From Octopus vulgaris (lineage: Eukaryota): a DNA stretch of 64,000 nucleotides. Below are positions 13,229 through 26,042 of the stretch, piece by piece. The stretch covers positions 116,684,001-116,748,000 of the forward strand of contig OX597821.1 of assembly GCA_951406725.2 (NCBI GenBank). The letters are read 5' to 3'. Made by a program: the position numbers and the translations under genes. The notes below the pieces were generated by a model, which was not told where the DNA came from, did not search any database, and saw only the letters and a program-made list of their open reading frames with translations. The first letter of the stretch is position 1. Every line of letters begins with the position of its first letter.

Positions 13229-15308
13229 AGCATTATTATTATGAAGACGGCAAGCTGGCAGAATTATTAGCATGTCAGGCGAAATGCTTAGAGGTATTTT
13301 ATCTGTCTTTACGTTCTGAGTTCAAATTCTGCCAAGGTCATCTTTGATTTTCATTGTGTTAGGATTGATAAAATAAATGCCAGTTAAATAGGCGCAGGCG
13401 TGGCTGTGTGGTAAGAAGCTTGCTTCCCAACCACATGGTTCTGGATTCAATCCCATTGCATGTCAAGTGTTTTCTATTATAGCCTCAGACCGACCAAAGC
13501 CTTGTGAGTGAATTTGGTAGACAGAAATTGAAAGAAGCTCATCAAGTGTGTGTGTTTGTCTGTGTTTGTCCCCCACCACTGCTTGGCAACTGGTACTGCT
13601 TTGTTTATGTCCCTGTAACTTAGTGGTTCAGCACAAGAGACCAATAGAGTATTAGGCTTTAAAGAATAAGTACTGGGATCAATACATTATTTGACTAAAA
13701 TTTCAAGGTTGTGCTCCAGCATGGCCACAGTCAAGATGACTGAAACAAGTAAAAGATAAAAAAAAACACACCAGGGTTGAGGTAATTGATTTATTCCACT
13801 CCTAAAATAACTGCCGGCCTTGTGTCAGAATCCGAAACCATTACAAAATCTTACAGGAATGGTTCAAGTGCTAAAAGTACAATGAGAGAGGAAATGCTGA
13901 GAGGCTTGGAACAGAATAAAAAATGGTTCCATTGGTGACCGTTTTTACTTTGACTTTAGTAATCTAGTCTCTGCAGTTGGGACTGAAACGGCCAATTCTT
14001 TGGACAGCTGCCAAGCAGCACTGACTGACCCTCTGTTATTCTTTAAACTGATTGAAATTGATCAGAAATGCACCAAAGCCAGATTTAGAACCAACCTCTT
14101 CTACTATGAACCCTTTTTTTTTTTTTTTTTTTTTTTTTTACATTTTTGCCCCCTCTCCAATTCCATGCCCTTTTCTTCAAGAATATTTACTGGTATTTTT
14201 TTCCTGTGCAATATTAATAGCTACTTACAAAACAGTGAGCTGGCAGAAATGTTAGCGGTATTTCGTCTACCATTACGTTCTGAATATAAATTCCGCCAAG
14301 GTCAACTTTGCCTTTCATCCTTTCGGGCTCGATTAAATAAGTACCAGTTACACACTGGGGTCGATATAATCGACTTAATCCGTTTGTCTGTCCTTGTTTG
14401 TCCCTTTTGTCCCTTCTGTGTGTAGCCCCTTGTGGGTGGTAAAGAAATAAATATTTCGTCTGTCTTTATGTTCTGAGTTCAAATTCTGCCAAGGCTGACT
14501 TTGCCTTTCATCCTTTCAAGGTCGATAAATTAAATACCAGTTGTGTACTAGGGTCGATCGAATCGACTGCCCCCACCCCTTTCCCCAAAATTTCAGGCCT
14601 TGCGCCTAGAGTAGAAAAGAATATTAATAGCTACTTCAAGGTGGCATTCTGGAAGAAATGTCAACTTGCTGGACGAAATGCTTAGCAGCATTCCATCTGT
14701 CTTATGTTCTGAGTTCAAATACCGCTGAGGACAACTTTGCTTTTCATCCTTTCAGGGTCGATAAAATAAGTACCAGTTGATGTAATCAACTTACCAGCTT
14801 CCTCAAAATTGCTGGCCTTGTGCCAAAATTTAAAACCAATATTGGCAGCTATTCCAAAAGTCCACTGATCAACCATTGCACCCACCCTACAAGTGCAATG
14901 GTATATTTAGCTATTCTTTAGTGAATAAAAAGTCAGCAGCTGATAACAGGAAAGTATTCAGATTTCTGCAATATGTTTCTTTGGGCATATTGTTGTATGC
15001 AGCCTCAGCCTGAGATTAAGTGTTTGACAACTGGAATGAAGCCAGGTACAAACTGCCCTCTACAAACTGGACAATTTTTTTGGCAGAAAATCAATTGACA
15101 TATAGTTCTATAATTAAGAGATGAGGAATTATGTACATAGGCACAGGAGTGGCTGTGTGGTAAGTAGCTTGCTTACCAACCACATGGTTCTGGGTTCAGT
15201 CCCACTGCGTGACATCTTGGGCAAGTGTCTTCTATTATAGCTTTGGGCCGACCAAAGCCTTGAGACTGGATTTTGGTAGACAGAAACTGAAAGCCCGTTG
15301 TATATATG

Positions 15309-15350
<42 letters not shown>

Positions 15351-16222
15351 CGTGTGTGCCCCCGTTTGTGCCCCCAACATTGCTTGACAACCGATGGTGG
15401 TGTGTTTACGTCCCCGTATCTTAGCAGTTCGGCAAAAGACACCGATAGAATAAGTACTAGGCTTAGAAAGAATAAGTCCTGGGGTTGATTTGCTCAACTA
15501 AAAGGCAATGCTCCAGCATGGCCACATTCAAATGACTGAAACAAGTAAAAGAGAGTAAAAGTCTATTATTTATATTTGACAAGATGAGGACAAATATCCG
15601 TCAAATGTAAATAATGTAAATAATGTATCAATGGACATATTCTGGAGAGAGTTAGTAGCTGGATATGAGTGACCAATGGTCTGGAAATGATAATGGGCGT
15701 TGATGAAGGTTTTAGTAGTTTCTTCTTGGGGTTAATATTATCTATTGTACCCCATATATCTCACTCCCCTAATTTCTGGCCTTGAGCCTATATTAGGAAT
15801 TACCATTATTTAAGGCGGAGAGCTGGCAGAACCATTAGCATTCCGGGCGAAATGTTTAGCAGTATTTCCTCTGTAGCTACATACTGGGTTCAAATTCCGC
15901 CGAGGTCAACTTTGCCTTTCATCCTTTCAGGGTCGATAAAATGAGTACCAGTTGAACACTGGGGTCGATGTAATCGACTATCCCCCTGCCCCAAAACTTC
16001 AGGCCTTATGCCTATAGTAGAAAGGATTATTATTATTATTATTATTATTATTATCATCATCATTGCCATTGCACAGCTTCTAACACTGGAGATGTACTAC
16101 ACTGCCAGTGAACTAAGGTAACAACCCTTATTTTTCGAGCACCTTCCAGAGTATTCAAGCAGTGCTGTTTTCTGCAAGTGCTCCACCCTTATTGCAGCCC
16201 CTATTTGTTCCATGTACTTCTC

Positions 16223-16258
<36 letters not shown>

Positions 16259-17503
16259 ATTAAGGCAGCAAGCTCGCAGAATTGTCAGCACACTGAAGAA
16301 AACGCCTAGTAGCATTTCTTCCAGCTTTACGTCCCGAGTTCAAATTCCGCTGTGCTCGACTTCGCCTTTCATCCTTTTGGGGTCAGTGAAATAACTACCA
16401 GTCAAGTACTGGAGTTGATGAAATTGACTGGCCGCCTCCCGACAAATTTCTGGCTTTCTACTTCTTATATTAGAAAGGTTTGTTATCAGTATTAAGTCAA
16501 TGTGGTAACTATCACTAAAACGACACCAATTACTTCCAGGTGGCAGACATAAGCTGTAAGAGTTGCAAGTCAAATTGTGGGAATGCTCTTAGGAGCCAGA
16601 GAAAATAGATCGTCAAAATACGTTGCCCGAGCTTCGATTAATAATGAAATTAAAAGTAAAAGCGAAATAAATTACGCGTAATTTTGACGGCGGGTTTTAA
16701 TTTAGATAACTTTAATTCGGAGAATTTGAATCAATGAAGAAGGGGCGGTTTCATGCAGATTTGGTATCAAAAGAATGCCGCTTCCACTACAAAAATTTAG
16801 CCTTGAGTATAGCAAGCAAACACTGGATTTATTTATGTGTAAGTCGCATAGTTTTATACTTGATTTCAACTGATAAAACAGGGGTGCGGCTTATATAAGG
16901 AGCAAAGCTAAAACTTAGAAGGGAAAAAAAATTTCACCAAGATTTAATATTAAATTAGGGGTCCGATTTATATACCTGTAAATACAATATATATTATATT
17001 TATCATAAGTTAAGGGATCTGGCGAGTAAGCAATCCTTTCATTGAGAATTTTTGTAAAAGACAAAAATAACACAACAAAATATATTCACGAAGTAACAAC
17101 CATGAAATGTCATCTAATTTGCAATTTTCAAGCTGTCAATTAATTACCTGTGATTATGGTAATGATGATGATCAAAGGATTAAAGATTATAGGGGTGCCG
17201 TTGTTTTTCGTTAATTCATTTCACGTTGTTTGTGGTTTTATGAATTAATTTATTTTTGTTTTATCTCGATGTTATTTAAATAATAAACAAATGCGTCGAC
17301 ATGTATTCTTTTTTCTCGTTTCGGGCTACAGGTTGAGGTTCTAAGACTTAGAATAATTATTTTTATTTACGGAGATGAAAAATAAAACGGTATTTTAAAT
17401 TTTTCTTCATCGCTTCTTCTAGATTTTCCACAAAATGAAAAAAAAAACCCCACAAAAAACTAACAGGAAGAAAACTCCCAATTCTGGAATATATATGTAC
17501 ACA

Positions 17504-17589
<86 letters not shown>

Positions 17590-17891
17590 ACCCAAGATAT
17601 ATATATATATATATATAGTGTGTGTGATTACTTATATTAACTTCTATTTTCCATACACCTTGCACAATAGGACATAATTTCGTCATTTATCAACCTGAGA
17701 TCGCAATCGGAGCACCTTCCCAATGCATTCTTTCTTCGAACGGTGCCAAACGTCATAAAAAAGCTATGAGATGTTTACTAAGGAAAGTCAATTAAAATAT
17801 ATTCGTTTTCGAGAGCAACGAGGAAATAAACTTCTTGGATCAACAATGAAATAAACATTGGTTTGCAGAAGAACATATATAAATATAATAT

Positions 17892-17942
<51 letters not shown>

Positions 17943-19387
17943 TATACCTACCTGATGTTTGTTGTCATACGCTGCAATGAATTAAACGTTGGTGTTGTCT
18001 AACAAAAATCATACAGGTAGATCTAATCTATGCATTAAGGTAATCTAACGCACAGGTTGTGTAATGATTACATGCAATTAATACGACGTCTTCTCATCAT
18101 GTTGAAAGGAGTTAAAGGGAAACAATTGTAATAAACAAATAACTAACCAAGGGAAATAAACGGGGATAAACAAGTGTTGACGTAATGTTGATGTTTAACC
18201 CCAGGACAGGTCCTGGTCGAGCAGACCTCTAATTCAAATCATGATCATCCCTGTTTTTTTTTTGTTTTTTTTGTTTCTTTTTTTGTTTTTGATAACGTTA
18301 GCATTCCTCGGACCAAATCCCATCTGTTCTTTTTCGTTTGTTTTTGAAGACAGCAGAGTGTAGTTTGTGAGAGATTTGACTGCTATTTCTAGCCGGCCGA
18401 TCGACCCACGTGGAAGTCCACGTGTTGTATTTCTTATGTAACATGATATTTTCTGGGGTAAAGGGTTTAATTAATGAACAGTTAACATCTTATAATATCC
18501 GTTTAAAATAGCAGCAAGCCAAAGAGCAGAGAATTCCTATAATTGAGTCATCGTTTACCAGGAACCATAACGTCATTTTCAAACTTGATTGTCAAAATTC
18601 TCATCCTTGTATTCTTCCCAAAGCAACTCAAATTCTCTGAAATTATAACATAATCGTGTTGGCCGAACCAAGAAGAGAACGTCTACTCGGGTGTTCGTCT
18701 GGCTAGAAATAACAGCCAAATCTCTTTCTCTCTTAACTTACATTTTGCTTCATTCAAATAAAGAAGGATTATTGGACAATGTAGTTAGTCTCTGAAAAAT
18801 GCAGGATGGTCACTGCTAGTATTCAAACCAGTTTTGATCAAAACTTGGAACTAAATAACAGTAACAACAACAACAACGACGATGACGGCGATGAATGTCC
18901 TTTAAAATGTATCAATTTTTATCTCGTAGATAGCAGGAAACTCTGAAGAGAGTAACCCGCAGAAGATCTTCAAAGGAGAAGCCTCATTTATGCCTATATT
19001 TCAGCTTTTAACTCCTGACCCTCTTAGAGGGGCCAGGCCAGATCCAAGTCATGATCCCTGGATAGCCCTCTGCTGTTGGCACATTCTAACTCTTGGATGG
19101 TTAAGGTACTCCAGACTTAAGGATCCTTGGGTGTTGTTACCAGTTCAGTCAACTGCAGCATACATTATGCCTTTTAAAATTCACTTCCATTCCTCTTTTA
19201 CCAGATTCAGTTGGAAATTTTCTCTGTTGAACTTCTGAAGATGTACCATATTTTAAAATAAAGTGGCTGTGTGGTAAGTAGCTTGCATTCCAACAACATG
19301 GTTCCAGGTTCAGTCCCACTGCTTGGCACCTTGGGCAAGTGTCTTCTACTATAGCCATGGAAACTGAAAGAAGTACATCATATATAG

Positions 19388-19418
<31 letters not shown>

Positions 19419-19689
19419 TATATGTATGTATGCATGCATGCATGTATGTATATGTGTATGTGTGTATTTGTCCCCCCAACATCGCTTGACAACAAATGCT
19501 GGTGTGTTTACATCCCCGTTACTTAGTGGTTCAGTAAAAGAGAGTGATAGAATAAGTACTATGCTTACAAGGAATAAGTCCTGAGATCAATTTCTTTGAC
19601 TAAAACCCTTTAAGATGGTGCTCCAGCATACCACAGTCAAATGACTGAAACATAGTGAAAGAGTAAAGTATATAACCTCTTGCAGATCG

Positions 19690-20100
19690 AACCCGAACGA
19701 AATTAAGGATAACGCTATGGATTTCTGCCGAAAATTACGCCTCACAGAAGCACTTCACAACTACACCAGTGAAGATGACTCAATAGTAAAAATCAAAAGG
19801 GAATACTGTCCTACAAAAGGCAGAAATAAAGCACTTGATGCTTTTTGTGAACACATTAGCAGTTTTCCTTTTAATACCCTACAAAAACAACGAATTAAAT
19901 CCAACCTTAATGTAAATGGATGGAAAGACCTAATCGAGTTAAAAAATGATATAAACCTCACCATTAAAGAAGCCGACAAAGGAAGTGCAGTAGTGGTGAT
20001 GGTCACAGAGCACTACAAAAATTGAATACTCTCCATGTTGGAAAATAATACTTACTATGAGAAGATAAAACAATACAACCCACAGAAAACACTTAAACAG
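19690..20100 (+). mobile_element. Penelope-like retroelement fragment (N-terminal part of RT), pseudogenised
   Basis: DFCRKLRL...KSNLN...LKNDINLTIKEADKGSAVVVM..EHY matches the PLE F-x-R-K-L-R and I-K-x-A-D-K-G-x-x-V-V motifs; premature stop. Confidence 0.85.
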
Positions 20101-20625
20101 CATTATAGGGCTTGAGCAAAGCTATGTACAGGGGGCCCCTACATACATAGTCTCAGCATTTAACCCACGAGTCAGTGTGACCATTTAGATGGGCCCTATG
20201 TTGAAGCACTTCCTAATCACTTCATAATCAATGATTGATCAGTCCCACTGTGCAACACCTTGAGCAAGAATCTTCAACTATAGCTCTGGGCTGACCCGAG
20301 CTTTGTCAGTAGATTTGGTGGATGGAAACTGAAAACCCATCATATATATAGATGTGTGTGTGTGTGTCATCATTACCATCATCATCATCATCATCATCAT
20401 TTACCATGCTAGCATGGGTTGGACAGTTTGACAAGAGCTGGTCAGCTGAAGAGCTGCCCTGGCTCAATGTCCATTTTAGAATGGCTTCTGCAGTTGGATG
20501 CCCTTCCCAATGCCAACCACTTTACAGAGTGTACCAGGTGCCTTTATGCAACACTGGTACTAGTGCTTTTTACATGACACCAGCACCCATGAGCCTACAA
20601 GATCAGGAATGCTGTAGGAAATAAA

Positions 20626-20976
20626 GATGCTGAATGCACTTTTGCCAAAGGACAAGAAGCCAAAGCCAAGAAGCTGAAGCCAAGAAGCCAAATGGACAAA
20701 ATACCAAATGGACATAAAGCTGAATGTAGAAGATGCTGAAACGACATATGGAAATTAAAATATATGATAATCATGTTATTCCTACAATATCACCATTTGA
20801 CAGACTGAATTGGCCATTGAACTATGTAGGTTGGTAAGTGTTTTTTTATTATTGTGTCCATTTGGCATTACGTCCATTTGGCATTATGTCCGTTCAGTTT
20901 TATCTCCTTTCAACATTGTGTCCATTCAGCTTCTGGCTACGGCTTCTTGTCCTTCAGCAAAACTACATTTGGCATC
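20626..20976. mobile_element. Foldback-type element with tandem subrepeats in long imperfect inverted arms
   Basis: Left arm (GGACAAGAAGCC, CCAAATGGACA units) mirrors right arm (TGTCCATTTGG, GGCTTCTTGTCC units). Confidence 0.6.
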
Positions 20977-21154
20977 CTGTCCACGCATGCTATTTGCACA
21001 TCTGCCACATATATACATATCATCATCATCATCATTGTTTAACATCTATTTTTTAATGTTGGAATGGGTTGGATGGTTTGAGGTCTGGAGAGCCAGCAGC
21101 TGCACCAGGCTCCAATCTGATCTAGCAATGTTTCTACAGCTGGATGCACTTCCA

Positions 21155-22515
21155 ATGTCTTCCTGGGTCTACCTCTTCCACAGGTTCCTCCCACAATTAG
21201 GGAGTGGCATTTCCTCTCACAGCTGTCCTCATCCATACGCAACACATGACCAAACCAGTGCAGTCATCTCTCTTGCACACCACATTTAATGCTTCTTATT
21301 CCAAACTTTTCTCTCAAGGTGCTTACACCCTGTTGTGTACGCACACTGACATTACACATCCAGCAGATCATACTAGTTTCATTTCTCTCAAACCTACACA
21401 TGTCCTCAACAGTCATGGCTCACATTTCACTGCCTTGTAGCATGGTAGTTCACATACATGCATCATACAGTCTACCTTTCATCCTGTGCAAGAATCCCTT
21501 AGTTGCCAGCAGAAGTAGGAGCTCCCTGAACTTTGCCCAGGCTATTCTTATTCTAGCCGTTACACTCTCAGCGCACCCTCCCCAACTACAGACTTGGACA
21601 CCTAGGTAGCAGAAGCTATTAACTACTTCTAGTTGTTTGCCCTGGTATGTGATGGAATCTGTTTTCTGTATATTTTCAGTGTTTATTGTCCTTGTGCATC
21701 TCCACACACAAAAACCATCTTCCTGGTCAACATTCCTTTGATATTGCTGCATATTTTATGTGTCCATAGCTTACACTGGGTACATCATATGGAGTTTCTA
21801 CCCATGCCTTTTCTGCTGATTGAGCAGGGACATCTACCTGAAAGGGTTTGTGAATTGACAGCTTTCCTACTTACTAAGACTTTGGTTTTTGCCAGGTTAA
21901 CTCTAAGGCCCTGTGTTTCTAGACCTTGCTTCCACACCCTAAACTTCATCTCTAGTTCTCACAGTGACTTGGCTATCAGAGCAAGGTCATCAGCATAGAG
22001 GAGCTCCCATGGGCAGCCTGTCTTGAATTCCTCTGTTATTGCCAGGAGGACGATAATGAGCATCCCTGTACAGTTCTTACCAACCACTCGTCTATCCCCA
22101 GTTTCCACATTGACCACCAAATAAGGGATCAAGGGACCCTGTCAAAGGCATTCTCCATGTCAACTAAAGCCAAGTACAAATGTTTATCTTTGGCTAGGTA
22201 TTTTGCCTGCAGTTGCCTCACCAGAAATACAGCATCAGTGGTGCTTCTGCCTGGCACAAACCAAACTGCATCTCATCTAGGCTAACTCTCTCCCTAATTA
22301 GTTGGGTTATGACTCTCTCCATGACTTTCATTACCTGATCCAGCAGTTTGATACCCCCGTAGTTATTTCTATCTAAAGCATCACCTTTACCCTTATAGCA
22401 GTTGACTATGTTGCTGCTACCCAGTTATTGGGTATGACTCCTTCATGGACTACTTGATTTATGATGTGGCTGACAAGACCATAACCCACATTGCCTGATA
22501 TTTTAAGCATCTCAT
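21155..22515 (-). mobile_element. RTE-clade LINE reverse transcriptase fragment, degraded
   Basis: Minus strand reads LDEMQFGFVPGRSTTDAVF...VDMENAFDRVP, LLYADDL, and SFCYLG...SVTARIRIAWAKFRELL...KGRLYDAC; stops and frameshifts. Confidence 0.9.
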
Positions 22516-22585
22516 GTCTGCTTTCCATGCTGGCATTGGTTGGACAGGAACTGGCAAACTAGAGAACTGCTTATAGAGGTTTACA

Positions 22586-22709
22586 TACATTATTTACATT
22601 TGACAGATATTTGTCCTCATCTTGTTTGTTGTTAACACAACCCTCCAGCCTTCATCAGGTGTGTTGGGAAAATTCCGAACCTGGGTTCTCATTCCTTAGG
22701 TATTTTCGA

Positions 22710-22756
<47 letters not shown>

Positions 22757-23050
22757 GCTCACGACATATGGCGTAGTGGTTAAGAGCGTGGGTTACTAAC
22801 CCCAAGATTCCGAGTTCGATTCCAGGTAGTGACCTAAAAAAAAAAAATAATAATAACAACAACAACAACAACATCGGAAAATACCTTTGGAATGAGAACC
22901 CAGGTTCGAAATTTCCTCAAGACACCTGATGAAGGCTGGAGGATATATCAGCCAAAACATTGTGTTAACAACAAACAAGATGAGGACAAATATCTGTCAA
23001 ATGTAAATAATGTAAATAATGTACATAATTCCTCGTCTCTTAAATACAGA
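22586..23050. mobile_element. Third copy of the palindromic tRNA-head/(AAT)n/hammerhead element, about 330 bp upstream of the MALSU1 ATG
   Basis: Inverted arm plus (TTA)n, head 22769-22835 with A box TGGCGTAGTGG and B box GTTCGATTCC, forward arm ending CCTCGTCTCTTAAATACAGAA. Confidence 0.85.
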
Positions 23051-23380
23051 ATAGAATTTTACATAATTTGATATTTGATTGAATCTTGGAGAAACAGCTT
23101 AAAAGACGTAATGCCAAGGGAGACAAATGATATTTTGATAGTTGTCTCCCTTGTTTAGTGCTAATTGTCGTGTTAATTATAATTTTATTTTAAGAAACGC
23201 ATTTAACGTATTTGTGACTTCGTATCCTCTTTAAAAAGCAGGATCAAATGGTCAGGAATATCAGAAATACTTAAAAACAAACAAACAAACTGATGTACAA
23301 TCTGAAGTGTTTCACGACAGTCTGAAAACGTTCGTCCTTTCGCATGCGGTTCTCGTGTTTGTTTTGCAGATTTAATTACT

Positions 23381-23999
23381 ATGTCGATGATGAACCTTAT
23401 TAAACTATCGCGGCTGTTCAACCAGACAAGACATTTTGTGAATATTACACCTCTTAGCTGTAATATCTTGTCTTTTCTTCGGATATCCCGACTCCAGTCA
23501 ACGTATAAAACTTTTCCGTTTGCAAATTATAATCGTTTATTTAGTCGAAGTCATGTCAAGGTTTCTCCTTTCCTCTTTTGTGAATCCTTTATTCCGATTC
23601 CTCAAAGGACTTTATTAAATCGATGTCAAAGCTGTTACTATTCTTCGTCTTCTTCTTCGACAAATGACGGTTCTGATGATTACAACGATTCCTTTAAGGA
23701 ATTCGACGATGATCCAGAAATACAATCGCTTTTGCAAAACATCAAAGGCGATTTCAAAGTTTTCACCAACGAAGAATTAGACGAGAATAATGTTAGAGTT
23801 TCAGAAAATGTCAGTTCCGAGGCCAAAAGACTTTCTGATTCCAATGTGATCAGATTTGAATCGGAATCAGATTCGGAGAGTTCGGAAGAATCCGAAGATT
23901 CCGACATTGAAGACTTTCTGGATTCTGGATTTATGGCTGATGATACAGAAATCGAAGAATTCGAAATCCCGCAATATGTGCCACCGATTGAATTGAAAA
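23381..23999 (+). CDS. MALSU1: MALSU1 (RsfS/Iojap family mitochondrial large-subunit assembly factor), exon 1: presequence-like N-terminus plus acidic linker
   Basis: ATG at 23381; R/S/L-rich, acid-poor N-terminus typical of a mitochondrial presequence, then a D/E/S-rich region; donor AAAA|GTAATG at 24000; phase 1 joins exon 2 as ...ELK-R-GKTGVFD. Confidence 0.8.
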
Positions 24000-24693
24000 G
24001 TAATGTTTTGCTTTCTTTAATTACTCTTTAATTAAAGTTTCAGCTTCTTAATTAATTATTAGCCATAATTCTACATTTCATCTTGTTTAAACCATCTTTT
24101 GTTTGAAGATAGTTCTTGTCTTTCTTAGACTCAATGATAAATGTTGCGTAAATTGTAAGAAACCCTTCCCTCCCAAAACAAAAATAAAACACAAAACAAA
24201 CAAAAACATCGAAAGCGTTCCTGACATGAACATCCCGTATTATGAGATACTAAAATTTTGTCTTTCCGTTTTTACGTTATTCAAAGGACGTTTTGCTTCT
24301 GTTTCTAATATCTTTTATCTTTTACTTATTTCAGTCATCGGGCTGTGGCCATGCTGCAGCAACAGTTTTGAAGGGTTTTAATTGAACAAAGCAACCCCAG
24401 TACTTATCTTTTAAGTCTAATACCTATTCTCTCAGTCAAATTGGTTTTTTTAATTAACCATTCATTATTTCACAGCTTTGAGATTTCAATGATGTGATTG
24501 CTTATTTTTAGAATGACATGGTAGGGTATGTGTGAGAAGCTGGATCTAGCCCGTTGAACATAAAACAGATAAAATAGTTGGGCCTGATTACAGTATCATG
24601 GTATCAACCTGGCTGTCAGATGTTGTTATACATCACTGGTCACAATGTGCTTTGAATTGTTTTAGCTTTTGGATGACACCACTGCTTCAAGTA

Positions 24694-25797
24694 CTGCTTG
24701 AAGAATTGAATGTTACTGAAGGTTTCAAGAACCTAGGTGGTTGGGTGAGCAGTTTGGAAGCAGACATCAAGATCAGGAAAGCTTCAGCATGGACAGCCTA
24801 TCATCATTATCGTTTAACATCCGCTTTCCATGCTAGCATGGGTAGGACGATTTGACTGAGGACTGGTGAAACAGATGGCTGCGCCAGGCTCCAATCTGAT
24901 CTGGCAGAGTTTCTACAGCTGGATGCCCTTCCTAACGCCAACCACTCCAAGAGTGTAGTGGGTGCTTTTAAAGTGCCACTGGCATGCAGGCCAGTTTGGT
25001 GGTACTGGCAATGCCCACGCTCGAAAATGGTGTTTTTTACGTGCCACCTGCACAGGAGTCAGTCCAGCTGCACTGGCAACGCCCTCGCTCAAATGTTTTG
25101 TTCACGTGCCACCGGCACAAATGCTAGTGAGGTGATGCTGACAACGATCACGCTCAAATGGTACTCTTTACGTGCCAGACAGCTGCTCTGGCAGTGATCC
25201 TACTTGGATGGAGCTGTTAGCACTCCAGTGGCATGGGTGCCAATCATCGAATTTGTTCAATTTCAATTTCACTTGCCCCAACAGGTCTTCGCAAGCAGAG
25301 TTTAGTGTCCAGTGAAGGGAGGTTAGCATGGGTGCCAGTCGCCGAATTTGGTTCAATTTCGATTTCACCTGCCTCAACAGGTCTTTGCAAGCAGAGTTTT
25401 CACAAACTAAAACGGGTCTGAAACTCCAAACTGCCCAATCAGGATCATGCTCTTCATTGCAACTGTAGAAACTGCTTTGGTTGGCAGCGAAACATGAACA
25501 CCAACAAAGAAATGGTCAAACAGGCTAAATGGATGCTACACCAGGATTTTATGAATGGCTGTAACATACGACAACTGAATTGCCTTTATGGAGACCTGCT
25601 GAGATTTAGCCAGAAGGTCAAGCAAAGACGGCTGCAAATGTCTGGTCACTGCCTGTACCACCCTGAACTGGAAGCATCCAAATTAGTCTTGATGGCAGAC
25701 ATTGGCCTGGAATGTATCCTGGACCTTGAGGCAGTGAGGATTGACCAAGAAGTGTTGTGGGTGGAATTTGTTGCAGCAGCCTGGGTTGGAACCTGAC
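24694..25797 (+). mobile_element. Old RTE/RTE-X-like LINE C-terminal fragment split by a younger insertion (24801-25397)
   Basis: EELNVTEGFKNLGGWVSSLEADIKIRKASAWTA resumes after the insert as FHKLKRV...FIATVET..GSET, and later RRLQMSGHCLYHPE. Confidence 0.7.
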
Positions 25798-25809
25798 CAT
25801 AATAATAAT

Positions 25810-26042
25810 AGCAGGAGTGGATACTTTGAGAGCATAGCTACTAGAATAAGAATAGCCTGGATAAAGTTCAGAGAGCTCCTACCTCTGCTGGTAACAAAGG
25901 GCCTCTCACTCAGGGTGAAAGGTAGACTGTATGACGCATGTGTGCAAACAGCCATGCTACACGGCAGTGAAACATAGGCTGTGATTGTTGAGGACATGCG
26001 TAAGCTTGCAAGAAATGAAGCCAGTATGCTCTGTTGGATGTG
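25810..26042 (+). mobile_element. RTE-clade LINE 3' fragment, same family as 21155-22515
   Basis: SIATRIRIAWIKFRELLPLLVTKGLSLRVKGRLYDACVQTAMLHGSET*. Confidence 0.85.

Noticed and set aside
22769-22835. Possible tRNA gene (also 2641-2707, 12920, 32770, 48935, 58860)
   Set aside because: A and B boxes are present but there is no clean acceptor stem or cloverleaf, and each is fused to a repeat body, so these are SINE heads.
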